Positions 20,341 through 30,297 of a stretch of 64,000 nt of DNA are shown here, in pieces. The position numbers and the translations under genes are program-made. This stretch comes from Nitrospirota bacterium (GTDB lineage: Bacteria > Nitrospirota > UBA9217), in contig CAVTRN010000002.1 of NCBI GenBank assembly GCA_963737155.1, positions 2,624,001 to 2,688,000 on the forward strand, written 5' to 3'. The notes under the pieces are model-generated. The model worked only from the letters and a program-made list of their open reading frames with translations. It did no database searches and was not told where the DNA came from. The stretch's first letter is position 1. Each line of letters starts with the position of its first letter.

Positions 20341-22989
20341 TTAATCGCCTCCGAATTTGCGAACAAACCAGGTTTTAACATTGTGCGTCAATGTTACATA
20401 GGCCACGAGCGTCACTGTGAGCCATAGCCAGTACATGGCGGGGAGCCTTACGAAACCAAAATAATCCGCCAGCGGCGAATACGGCAGGATGATTCCCACG
20501 GCCATGACGATGAGCGTGGTCAGCGTCAGGGCGGCGCTGGCCCGGCTCTGAATAAACGGTATTCGATTGGTGCGAATAACATGCACAATGAGCGTCTGGG
20601 TCAGAATTGATTCGACAAACCACCCCGTGTGGAAAAGACTCTCATAGTAGACTTTGGAATTATTCGACACCCCCGGAAGGGAGTAACGCGCGCAGTAAAA
20701 AACAAAAAGCATGAGGGCATAAGTCGTGTAGTCGAATACCGAGCTGGTGGGACCGATATACAGCATGAACCTTTTGATACTGTCAATATTCCAACGGCGG
20801 GGTTTTTCCAAAAATTCGTCGTCCACCTTGTCCGTCGGGATGCCGGACTGGGAAAGATCGTACAGGAGGTTATTTACGAGCACCTGAATCGGGGCCATAG
20901 GAAGAAAAGGCAGGAATAGGCTGGCTCCGACGACACTGAACATATTGCCGAAATTGGAGCTTGCGCCCATTTTAATGTATTTGATGATGTTGCCGAATAC
21001 TTTACGACCCTCTATGGCCCCCTGTTCCAAAACGGAAAGGTCTTTTTCAAGGAGGATGATGTCTGCCGATTCCTTGGCCACATCGACAGCGGTATCCACG
21101 GAAATACCCACATCTGCGGCCCGCATAGCAGGCGCATCATTTATTCCATCCCCCAGAAATCCGACAACATGGCCGCCCCGATGCATGGCGCGAATGAGCT
21201 GCTCTTTCTGAAACGGCGATAAACGGGCAAACACGGTGGATTTTTCCGCTATCTCCGTCAGCTCATCATCGCTGAGGCCGATAAGCTGCGGACCGGTTAC
21301 AATTCCCTCAACTTCCAAGCCAACATCCCGGCACACTTTCCGCGTCACAAGCTCATTGTCCCCAGTGAGTATCTTAGTGGATACACCCACACGACGCAAT
21401 TCCGCCACTGCCTTGAGGGCGGAATCCTTCGGGGGATCAAAGAAGGCGACATAGCCTAAGAGTATCAAACCGGCTTCATTCAGAGCGGAAAATACCTGCT
21501 GGGTCTTGGGAAACTCACAGTACGCTATTGCCAGGACCCGGTATCCGTCCGCGCTCAGAGCCCGATACTCTTCCATTAGATCTTTTTTAAGCATCCCGAT
21601 GAGAGGATGAATTTCTTCATCAACCTGGTAGTGGTCGCAGACAGTGAACATTTCCTCCACTGCTCCCTTACAGATGAGCACATGGGCATCTTCATAATCG
21701 ATGATCACCGACATCCGTTTCCGCGAAAAGTCAAAAGGGATTTCGTCAACCTTCCGGCAGGTACGCTCGACATCAAGTTCTCCGTGTTCGAGGATGGCCC
21801 GGTCTAGCAAGTTGCGCAGGCCTGTCTGGTAATAGCTGTTCAGATATGCATAGCGAAGAACATCATCGCTTTGGCGGTTTGTTACATCGACATATTTTTC
21901 AAGTACGACGCGGTCCTGAGTAAGCGTGCCGGTCTTGTCCGTGCAGAATACGTCCATAGCTCCGAAGTTCTGAATGGCGTTGAGTCTCTTGACGATTACC
22001 TTCTTTCTTGACATCGCGAGCGCCCCTTTGGACAGATTGACCGTCACAATCATAGGGAGCATCTCCGGGGTAAGACCGACGGCTACGGCAAGGCCGAACA
22101 ACAGCGCCTCCATCCAGTTATGTTTCGTGATGCCAATAATGAGGAAAACCACCACCACCATTATGACCATGAAGCGAATCATCAGCCAAGTGAATGCATT
22201 AATTCCCTTGTCAAAATTTGTCAAGACGCGCAGGGAAGCAAGATTCTTTGAAATTGAACCGAAATATGTTCTGTTGCCTGTATTGACCACAAGCCCACGT
22301 GCGGACCCGCTTAGAACGTTGCTCCCCTGAAAGCAGGCATTTATTAATTCCAAAGCGTTCTGAGCGGACTTGGGTGCAGGGGCAGCCATTTTTTCGACAG
22401 GCATCGACTCCCCGGTAAGCACTGACTGGCTTACGAAAAAATCCTTGGTGCTCAGTAGGCGCAAATCGGCCGGAATCATGTCCCCTGCCGCCAGAATAAC
22501 GATATCACCGGGGACCAATTGGTCCATGAGAAGCTCTGTTTCTTTTCCCCCACGCAGCGCGACACAGGTCGTGCGCACCATAGCTTGAAGTTTTTCCACC
22601 GCGCGGCCCGCCCGTGATTCCTGATAGTAACCGAGCCCCACGCTCAGGAGGGCCATAGCGCCGACCATAATCGTCGCTCGGAGATCACCCATGGCGAAGG
22701 AGACCGCTGCGATGGCCAGAAGCTGAACAACAAGAGGGTTTTTACAGCGCTGATAAATTTCTCGAAGAAAACCCATTTTTTTGTGATTGGCAGTTGCATT
22801 CCAGCCGAAGCGTGTCCGCCGGTCATGCACCTCATCGGCGTCCAATCCCTGCTCTGATACGCCGGCCGCCGTAAGAGCCTCCTCCGGAGTGAGAGCACAG
22901 ATAGCGAGAAGATCCTGCTCGCCCTGAGTCATCTCAGTGGGCTTCGCTGTAAATTTTTTAGAAGAGATTTTCTGCATCATAGATAACAT
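20341..22989 (-). CDS. mgtA: Magnesium-translocating P-type ATPase (P3B)
   Basis: TGES, GLTPEMLP, DKTGTLT, PFDFSRKRMS, GDGINDAPA, SSNFGNMFS, NNLLYD; start taken at MLSMMQK (uncertain). Confidence 0.94.
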   Translation of the reverse strand: MLSMMQKISSKKFTAKPTEMTQGEQDLLAICALTPEEALTAAGVSEQGLDADEVHDRRTRFGWNATANHKKMGFLREIYQRCKNPLVVQLLAIAAVSFAMGDLRATIMVGAMALLSVGLGYYQESRAGRAVEKLQAMVRTTCVALRGGKETELLMDQLVPGDIVILAAGDMIPADLRLLSTKDFFVSQSVLTGESMPVEKMAAPAPKSAQNALELINACFQGSNVLSGSARGLVVNTGNRTYFGSISKNLASLRVLTNFDKGINAFTWLMIRFMVIMVVVVFLIIGITKHNWMEALLFGLAVAVGLTPEMLPMIVTVNLSKGALAMSRKKVIVKRLNAIQNFGAMDVFCTDKTGTLTQDRVVLEKYVDVTNRQSDDVLRYAYLNSYYQTGLRNLLDRAILEHGELDVERTCRKVDEIPFDFSRKRMSVIIDYEDAHVLICKGAVEEMFTVCDHYQVDEEIHPLIGMLKKDLMEEYRALSADGYRVLAIAYCEFPKTQQVFSALNEAGLILLGYVAFFDPPKDSALKAVAELRRVGVSTKILTGDNELVTRKVCRDVGLEVEGIVTGPQLIGLSDDELTEIAEKSTVFARLSPFQKEQLIRAMHRGGHVVGFLGDGINDAPAMRAADVGISVDTAVDVAKESADIILLEKDLSVLEQGAIEGRKVFGNIIKYIKMGASSNFGNMFSVVGASLFLPFLPMAPIQVLVNNLLYDLSQSGIPTDKVDDEFLEKPRRWNIDSIKRFMLYIGPTSSVFDYTTYALMLFVFYCARYSLPGVSNNSKVYYESLFHTGWFVESILTQTLIVHVIRTNRIPFIQSRASAALTLTTLIVMAVGIILPYSPLADYFGFVRLPAMYWLWLTVTLVAYVTLTHNVKTWFVRKFGGD

Positions 22990-23418
22990 CCTGAAAATTC
23001 TTGTTAATAAATCCGGATTGGGAACCTGGCGTTTACATGGTAATCTCCAATAATACAATTGTCAATCAGTGAATATCACGCATGCCTACCTGGAATGGAG
23101 TATTATGAAAAAAAACCATATATCACCCCTTACTTATTTGATCAGTCAATACACCGCGGCAAGCTAACGACGGAGTATAGGAGTATAAAGGAAGAGCGTT
23201 CAACTGAGAAACCTGCGGTTTCTCTTACTCTTCCCTCTGTAAAGTAACGCCGTATTGCAAACAACAATTTTAAGGCCAGTTCCTCCCAGGCCGGCCATGC
23301 AGCGTATACATGGTTCTTTCGCGATTACAGATAAATAAAAGAGCGCCGGGGGCAGCTTTCGGTGCTCTATCCTAACTTCCCTCACAAACACTCCCAGCCT
23401 TTTGAGCGGGATGACTAA

Positions 23419-23469
23419 GGTAACGGAAATTTAATGCAACCGTCATGTCCCTGTAAACTCATTGTCGTA
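23419..23469 (+). promoter_or_regulatory. Pho-box-like array (4-5 repeats)
   Basis: GGTAACG, TTTAATG, CGTCATG, TGTAAAC, TGTCGTA at 23419/30/41/52/63; TATTCT at 23468; SD aaggagg near 23484. Confidence 0.7.
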
Positions 23470-23499
23470 TTCTTTTAGATAAAAAGGAGGGGCTTTCTC

Positions 23500-23924
23500 A
23501 TGTTAAATGGGTAGTGATTGCAAGTTTGTTAAGTTTAGGTTGGAAAATCGATGGCATGAAATACCGTAAATCCAATGATTTTAAACTATCATCTGCATGC
23601 TTAAAAGGTACGTTAGACTACAGCAAGGCGGTCTACCCATTTGAGATGAGAAAGAACCAAAAAAGATTACATCAGCAGCTGCGATGGGCTCAATTTATTT
23701 TCCTACTCATTCTAATCACCGGAGGTGTCCAAGAATGGATCCGCGATATAGGGTTGAATATGTATGTCCGAATTGTGATAAGTCGTATCAGATTACCTGC
23801 CCGGAGGTCGTGGAATTATGCAGCTGCGGCGCTGAACTACAAAAAGCGTCGTAGAAGCCGGGCAACGAATGCGAGACACGGTCACTTCGTGACAGACAAT
23901 GCGTACCGACGCGACGCAGGTTAG
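23500..23924 (+). pseudogene. Frameshifted hypothetical gene downstream of the Pho-box array
   Basis: SD plus ATG at 23500 hits a stop after 4 codons; adding one base would join it to the 23514 ORF (MLKWVVIASLL...). Confidence 0.35.
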
Positions 23925-23964
23925 TTCCCAGCATCTTTTCTATTAATCAGTAATCCCGCCAGTT

Positions 23965-24222
23965 TTAGAATTCACGGGAACGGCATCTCCTGCCTTCTAT
24001 ATCACAGGGCGACCTTGTGTCTTTTATCAACTCCTTGACTCGTTTGGTGACGAGCGCCGAGAGAAAGTGCTTGTTTCTCGCCGTCTTCATATAGTGTCTG
24101 AGAACCATCGCATAAAGAGTTTTAACGCTTTCCGTGGAATGATTTAGACTCTTCGCCAGATTCTCGACAGCAACCTGATGATTACGTTCCACAGAGTGAT
24201 CAAAAACCATCTTGTTGTTCAT
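23965..24222 (-). CDS. DUF3562-like three-helix-bundle protein (copy 1)
   Basis: AVENLAKSL...VKTLY...ARNKHFLSALVTKRVKELI; SD upstream; paralog at 31760. Confidence 0.75.
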   Translation of the reverse strand: MNNKMVFDHSVERNHQVAVENLAKSLNHSTESVKTLYAMVLRHYMKTARNKHFLSALVTKRVKELIKDTRSPCDIEGRRCRSREF

Positions 24223-24417
24223 GCCGTGCCCCTTCCTTCACTGGCCGGGGCCATCGAGTCTTATTCCGGCTAGTGATTGTAAACAACCGACATCAGAGCG
24301 CTGAATACGCCTTGCGCGGCTCTTGCCATACCCTGCGATATATATACATCGAAAAAACAGCATTTCCTCCGACACAGATATTTCAACATCCTAATAGAAT
24401 TCCGCCCACGCCCCTAT

Positions 24418-24709
24418 TCAGCTTGATCCGACCCTTTTAAGCAGTAGAATCCTTTCCGACGACAAACCCCAACTGATCATGTCTATGACACTCCGTATGT
24501 CGTGGAGCGTGCGGCAACAATAATCCGATACGTTGTCAGTGCCGATCTTGGCAGGATTTCCTTCCATTAGGATCAGCATGCAATCTATGATCAAGAAACA
24601 GGCAGACGCCCAATGAGGATCCCGGCTACTGAATCGACGAACCAGCAATAAGTATAGCGAATTATGAGTGCTGTGCAGATAACGCCTGCAAAGCCGGAGT
24701 ATCGTTCAT
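24418..24709 (-). pseudogene. C-terminal fragment of a CzcD/ZitB-like CDF transporter
   Basis: Fragments AGVICTALIIRYT, WFVDSVAGILIG and ILMEGNP...SVIDMISWGLSSE (cf. VHDLHIW), frameshifted. Confidence 0.6.
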
Positions 24710-24798
24710 GATCTGACTGGTCTCATTTTTTTATTTCACACTACGCCTCGATCCTCAGCATGTCACAACCGCGCTTCTGAACAGCGCCTGACTTGCTG

Positions 24799-25998
24799 CT
24801 ATTCCTTGAGGAGAGCGGCCTTGTCCGTTAACTCCCAAGGGAGACCGATATCCATTCTCCCTACCTGTCCGTAAGCTGCGAGTTTGCGATAAAACCCACC
24901 CTTGACCTGGGACGGCAGATACCGCAGATTGAACTGACGAATGATCCCCGCCAGCCGAAAATCGAAATATTTCTCCACCAGGTCGGCTATCTTTTCATCG
25001 GGCATAACTCCGGTCCCGAAGGTTTCCACCTGCACGCTTACGGGACGCGAAAAACCGATTGAGTAGCTGAGCTGAATTTCGCAGGACGCAGCCAGTCCCG
25101 CCGCAATCACATTTTTCGCCGCATAACGCGCGGCGTAAGCCCCGGTCCGATCAATGCGTGAAGGGTCTTTGCCGGTCAGCGCGGACCCGCTGTGGCGTGA
25201 ATATTCTCCATAGGTATCAATCGCGTTTTTCCTTCCCGTGAGCCCCGAATGCACCGAGGGGCCGCCGTGGATGAAGGTGCCTTCCGGATTAACGAAAATT
25301 CTCGTTTTTTCGTCCGGCTTTATCAACTCGTCCTGGAAAGCCGTATTGATTACTGCCTCCTGGATATCATCAGAGAGCTTTTTCTCATTCGGTCCGCCTT
25401 TCTCCGAAGAGCGTTCCTGGCTTGCAATGACTGTAATGCTGTGAATGCGGGAGGGGCTGCCATTCCGGTATTCAACGCCCACTTGCGTTTTTCCGTCAGG
25501 CGCGAGATAGGGCAAGATTTTCTGGAGCCTTACTGCCGTTAGCCTTCGGGCAAGCCGGTTTGCGAGCCATATGGGAAGAGGCATGAATGCCGATGTCTGA
25601 TTGCAGGCGAAGCCGAAGACTGTAACCTGGTTCCGCACGAGGACCCGTTCGAGCTCGTCCTCCGCCATCGTCCGCTCATCGACAACTCTCCGAACGCTGT
25701 CAGGAAACTCCTTGAGGCTTGTTATTACGCTGCAGGTCTTGGAATTGAACGCCTGTTGATCATATCCGACCTGATTAATGACCTGACGGGCGATATTCGC
25801 GAAGTCGGCCCTGACAGGCGAAGAAAACCGCGCCGCGATAAATACGATGGCCGTTGCAACCGCGCATTCGGCGATAATTTTTGCAAAAGGGTCCTGCTGA
25901 AGGAAATGATCTACGATAGCATCGCTGATGACGTCACACAACTTGTCAGGATGGCCTTCCGTCACCGATTCCGAGGTAAACATGAAATCTTTTTTCAT
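24799..25998 (-). CDS. Divergent methionine adenosyltransferase (MetK-fold) paralog
   Basis: FTSESVTEGHPDK, PDGKTQV, GLTGRK, GKDPSRIDR, AAYG present; GAGDQG and QSPDI signatures absent. Confidence 0.9.
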   Translation of the reverse strand: MKKDFMFTSESVTEGHPDKLCDVISDAIVDHFLQQDPFAKIIAECAVATAIVFIAARFSSPVRADFANIARQVINQVGYDQQAFNSKTCSVITSLKEFPDSVRRVVDERTMAEDELERVLVRNQVTVFGFACNQTSAFMPLPIWLANRLARRLTAVRLQKILPYLAPDGKTQVGVEYRNGSPSRIHSITVIASQERSSEKGGPNEKKLSDDIQEAVINTAFQDELIKPDEKTRIFVNPEGTFIHGGPSVHSGLTGRKNAIDTYGEYSRHSGSALTGKDPSRIDRTGAYAARYAAKNVIAAGLAASCEIQLSYSIGFSRPVSVQVETFGTGVMPDEKIADLVEKYFDFRLAGIIRQFNLRYLPSQVKGGFYRKLAAYGQVGRMDIGLPWELTDKAALLKE

Positions 25999-26163
25999 CT
26001 GAGATTGCCTTTCTCCAGAACTCTTCCCCCCTTGAGGAGGGAAAAATTCAAAGATAATGGTGAAGTCTCTCGAAAGCCGGACAATCTTTGATTTTCATTT
26101 CCCCCATGAACGCCGGTATAAGAGATTAGATGATACCTAATCCTCACTCTGCATTAGGCACGA

Positions 26164-29100
26164 TCACATAACCGCGTCTACCCGGAAGTTTTCCGGCACC
26201 CTGGTCGCGACCGGGGAATCGCTCTCCTTCGTCTGCTTCGTAATAGATCGTGTTTTTGTTCCTTCATTAATGAGAAGCGGCACAATCGCGCTCCCTATTG
26301 CGATTACGGCGTCCACCGGACCCATCGGGCTCAACCCGAGAAACTGGCGAAGGCCCGGGATGAACATGGTCGCAGTCTGGATCCCGAGGGAACCGGCAAG
26401 GGCCGCGGTAAGATACTTGTTCGTTGCAAGCTGGTCAGAACTGAATATGCTGTGGGTTTCGGAACGGCAGCTGATCGCGTGCAAAAGCTGTCCCGTACAG
26501 AGGCTCATGAAGGCCATGCTTCCCGCCTCAGCCCCCTGTCCATATCGTGTGAGTCCATAACCATAGGCCGCCAAGGACCCCGCGGAAATAGTGGAAGCCT
26601 CAAAAAGAATCCGCTTGAAGTCCCCAGATTTGATAATCGGTTCATTCGGATCGCGCGGAGGCCGGGACAGGATATCGGGCTCCGGTGGTTCAAGGGCGAG
26701 CGCCAGTCCGGGGAAAATATCCGAGATCAGGTTAATCCAGAGAAGCTGCATAACATTCAGCGGCTGTCCCATTCCGCCCGCCATCGCGGTAAACATCACT
26801 ATGATTTCGCTCATGTTTGTCGCAAGAAGGAACCGGACTGATTTTCTGATGTTGTTATAGACTGTTCGGCCCTGACTGATAGCGATCACCATGGTTTCAA
26901 GATTATCGTCCTCCAGGACGACATCTGCCACCTCTCTCGCCACATCGGTGCCTGTGTGACCCATGGCAATGCCAATATCGGCCGCTTTGAGCGCTGGTCC
27001 ATCGTTGATGCCGTCGCCAGTCATCGCCACAACCTTACCGGCTGATTGAAGCGCTTGGACGATCTGGAGTTTGTTTGCCGGGCTTACCCGGGCAAAGACT
27101 TGGACCCGTCCCGCAAGAGCCGACAAGACTTCCGGTTCCATCTGAGAAAGGTGGCTCGAATCCAAGATTTCCAGCTCTTCGTCCTTGTTCAGGTTGAGTT
27201 CCTTCCCGATAGCGTAGGCCGTTGTTCCCTGGTCGCCGGTAATCATAACCGTATCAATCCCCGCGCGATGAAAAGTCCCTATGAGGCCCTTTACGCCAGC
27301 GCGCACAACATCCGCCATGCCTACCAGCCCGACCCAGATAAGCCCTTCTTCAAAGTCGTCACCGTGGTTCAGCCCGACCTCATCGCCCAAGGCATAGCAG
27401 ACCGCGAGCACGCGGAGCGCATCACCGGCCATCCGTTCATTTTCCTTGTCCAGCATTTCGCGCGCACGGTCATCAAGAATAAGTCTTTCACCATCCCTGA
27501 GATACCATTTACACAGGGAGAGAACTTCGGAAGGACTTCCCTTGAGAGCCAGCAACCGCTGTCCCTCGTCGGCGCGATGAAGCGTGCTTACGTAAGGACG
27601 GTCTTCCGAGCGATGGTTGATTTTGATCAGCGAGTACTGAGACCGGAGCGCATTGACGTCGATGCCGGCCGCAAGCGCCATGTGCACCAGGGCATTTTCC
27701 GTTGAAGAACCCTGAACCGAATATTCTCCTTCCTGTCTCGATACTGTTGATTCATTGCAGAGAACTGACAGGTGGATAAGGCGGAGAAGTTCATCGTCAG
27801 AGTAGGGATTAACGGTCATACCGTCGGCGGAAATCCTACCGTCGGACACCGTAAAACAGCGCATGCCGGCATGGATCTCGACGACCGACATGCGGTTCAT
27901 GGTAATAGTCCCGGTTTTGTCAAGACAGATGGTCTGAACGGCCCCGAGAGCCTCCACGGCGTCAAGGTGACGAATAAGAACATTCAATTCCCGCATACGC
28001 CTGATTCCGAGCGCCAGCGTTGTCGTCGCTATGGTCGGCAGCCCCTCGGGAACAGCGGCAACAGCGAGTGCAATGGACGTTTTAAGCATTTGGAGAAAAC
28101 CATAGCCGCGCAGCAGTCCGATGATGAACACGATGCCGCATACCGCACCGCTGATGATGACTAGCTGAACGCCCATTCTGTCCATTTGCCGTTCCATGGG
28201 CGTCTCTGGAGGACGCGCTGTCTCCACAAGAGTCTGTATCTTTCCCATCTCCGTATAGCGACCTGTCGCCACAACGACAGCAAGGCCCTGCCCTCCCGTG
28301 ACGAGGGTGCCCATATACACCATGTTGGTTCGATCGCCAAGCGGGATATCGAACGCCTGAAGCTTTTCCCTTGTTTTCATGACCGGCATGCTCTCGCCGG
28401 TCAGCGCCGATTCGTCGACACTAAGATAGTTCAAGTCCAGGAGACGTGCGTCGGCGGCCACATAGCTGCCGGGCCTGAGCACGAGCAGATCTCCCGGCAC
28501 TACATCTTTGGCGTCGATATCCCGTAGTGTATTGCCGCGGATGACCGTTGACACCGGCCGCACAAGGCTCTTTAGCCCGTGAATAGTTTTTTCCGTCTGT
28601 CTTTCAGTCGTATACCCGATTGCGGCATTAATCATAACAACGCCAAGGATCACGGCAGCATCGGCGATACCACCCGTGAAGACGGATATGCCCGCGGCTA
28701 CCCCGAGAAGGCCGACGGGAAGGGATTTGAATTGGCCGAAGAAGATGCTCCACCCTGAGCGGGGCACCGATTCCGGCAAAAGGTTAGGACCGTATTGGGC
28801 TGCGCGCCTCAAAGCGGATTCTTGAGACAGACCTACTGAACTGGAAGCATCCCATTTATGCAAGACCTCTTGCTCTGTCATGCAGTGCCAAAGGTCTTCA
28901 GACTGTCCCTCAGCATGAACGACTTGCGACCTTACTTTTCGCAGGCTCGGATCTTTCCCCGCTGCTTGCGGATATGCCGGAGGCGCAACACCGAGGGCAA
29001 GCCGAGAATCGCGGTTGCGCGTGACAGTCGAACCAGAACCGGCGCGATGCGTCCCTTTCTCTATCCCACCTGCGGGAGAGTCCGTTGGGAGATTTTCAAC

Positions 29101-29328
29101 GATCGCTTTGAGGAGTCCGGCCATGACCGATTCATGATTGCCATTGCCGTTCTTCGTATCGTACAATATGAGAACCGAGCCCGTCAGAGTGTTGACGGAA
29201 ACATTGAGAACCCCTGCATACTGAACAAGACCTTGCTCAATACGCTTTTTCAATGATTCCGAACGATAAAGCCCCCTAACTTTATAACGGACACGCCCTT
29301 TAACCGCGGCATGAACGGTCTCAACCAC
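26164..29328 (-). CDS. Ca2+-type (P2A) cation-transporting P-type ATPase with N-terminal HMA2 domain
   Basis: TGES, VAAVPEGLP, DKTGT, GDGINDGP, TM5 TNMSE, TM6 WINLISD; N-terminus VHAAVKGRVRYK...NTLTGSVLILYD. Confidence 0.92.
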   Translation of the reverse strand: MVETVHAAVKGRVRYKVRGLYRSESLKKRIEQGLVQYAGVLNVSVNTLTGSVLILYDTKNGNGNHESVMAGLLKAIVENLPTDSPAGGIEKGTHRAGSGSTVTRNRDSRLALGVAPPAYPQAAGKDPSLRKVRSQVVHAEGQSEDLWHCMTEQEVLHKWDASSSVGLSQESALRRAAQYGPNLLPESVPRSGWSIFFGQFKSLPVGLLGVAAGISVFTGGIADAAVILGVVMINAAIGYTTERQTEKTIHGLKSLVRPVSTVIRGNTLRDIDAKDVVPGDLLVLRPGSYVAADARLLDLNYLSVDESALTGESMPVMKTREKLQAFDIPLGDRTNMVYMGTLVTGGQGLAVVVATGRYTEMGKIQTLVETARPPETPMERQMDRMGVQLVIISGAVCGIVFIIGLLRGYGFLQMLKTSIALAVAAVPEGLPTIATTTLALGIRRMRELNVLIRHLDAVEALGAVQTICLDKTGTITMNRMSVVEIHAGMRCFTVSDGRISADGMTVNPYSDDELLRLIHLSVLCNESTVSRQEGEYSVQGSSTENALVHMALAAGIDVNALRSQYSLIKINHRSEDRPYVSTLHRADEGQRLLALKGSPSEVLSLCKWYLRDGERLILDDRAREMLDKENERMAGDALRVLAVCYALGDEVGLNHGDDFEEGLIWVGLVGMADVVRAGVKGLIGTFHRAGIDTVMITGDQGTTAYAIGKELNLNKDEELEILDSSHLSQMEPEVLSALAGRVQVFARVSPANKLQIVQALQSAGKVVAMTGDGINDGPALKAADIGIAMGHTGTDVAREVADVVLEDDNLETMVIAISQGRTVYNNIRKSVRFLLATNMSEIIVMFTAMAGGMGQPLNVMQLLWINLISDIFPGLALALEPPEPDILSRPPRDPNEPIIKSGDFKRILFEASTISAGSLAAYGYGLTRYGQGAEAGSMAFMSLCTGQLLHAISCRSETHSIFSSDQLATNKYLTAALAGSLGIQTATMFIPGLRQFLGLSPMGPVDAVIAIGSAIVPLLINEGTKTRSITKQTKESDSPVATRVPENFRVDAVM

Positions 29329-29379
29329 GTATCTCCCCCCTTTCGGACACGAGAACCGATCTGGTGTATGCCACGATTC

Positions 29380-30120
29380 CTACGCGGGAGGCTTGGTTTT
29401 CGGAAGGGCTGTGCTGGCTACCTCCTTTACCCCTTCAACAACGCCGACTAGCATATCCTTTACCGCTTTGACTGCCGTGTTGCCGATCGCTGATGCGGCA
29501 TCAACTGCTCCTGTTACGGCGACCTTAGCCACTTCTTCGGCATTTCCCCCAACTTCCTTCGTGGCTTCAATCACGCCGTCCACAGCCCGACGAGCCACCA
29601 TCGCCACATCTGCGCCGACTTCAGCCGCCCCTTTAACAGCACCCCTAACGGTGGATCCCGCAACAGCGATCACATCGCCGCCCACATCGCTCACGCCCAT
29701 GACCACGCCTTTTGCGACGCTCTTGGTGCTCAAGATCAGGCCAGTGCCGACCTCCTCCGTTGCCTGAATGGCCCCCTTGATCACATCCTTTGTAATAACC
29801 ACCGCCTCGCCGGCAACGCTGCCAGTTGCACGAAGGGCATTGGATACGGTGTTCCGGACAAGGCTCACGATTTCTGCCTCTATCTCATTGATGCCCTTGA
29901 GACTGCTGACGACACCTTCCTTTACCGTAGTCCCCGCCTTGCCGATTTCCTCTGATGATGCCGGATTGCCTGTGGGCTCTGCGCTTGTCATTGGTAAGCC
30001 TCCTGTAATAGTAATATCCTCTGTAGTAGTAATTTCATCCTTTGACGATTGAATGCGCGGCCGTCGTGTCACAGTCGCTTTCCTTTTCGGTTTTTGCTTG
30101 TTGTCATTCATGTCTTTCAT
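29380..30120 (-). CDS. Ala/Val/Gly-rich protein with about eight 22-aa amphipathic repeats
   Basis: SD aggag; repeats such as KGAIQATEEVGTGLILSTKSVA / RGAVKGAAEVGADVAMVARRAV / DGVIEATKEVGGNAEEVAKVAV. Confidence 0.85.
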   Translation of the reverse strand: MKDMNDNKQKPKRKATVTRRPRIQSSKDEITTTEDITITGGLPMTSAEPTGNPASSEEIGKAGTTVKEGVVSSLKGINEIEAEIVSLVRNTVSNALRATGSVAGEAVVITKDVIKGAIQATEEVGTGLILSTKSVAKGVVMGVSDVGGDVIAVAGSTVRGAVKGAAEVGADVAMVARRAVDGVIEATKEVGGNAEEVAKVAVTGAVDAASAIGNTAVKAVKDMLVGVVEGVKEVASTALPKTKPPA

Positions 30121-30297
30121 GTCTTTTCTCCTGGATCAATCCGAAAAAGTAAGGAGGGACTGCAAACACGGTATGCTAAAGACTTCTGAAGGCTTTCTTA
30201 GAAAATGAGAGTAAGTATCACAAGAATGTTTTCGTTAGGATCGAATGGAAAACCCCAACCGACCCCAAGCTCTCAAAAAGGCCATCTGCCCGCTCTG

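Noticed and set aside
23060-23410. Mg2+ riboswitch (M-box) or mgtL-type leader upstream of mgtA
   Set aside because: No M-box consensus or convincing Pro-rich leader peptide was recognised; an Rfam scan is needed to exclude it fully.
24799-25998. Plain housekeeping metK
   Set aside because: The GAGDQG signature and methionine-binding residues are missing, so no gene symbol was assigned.
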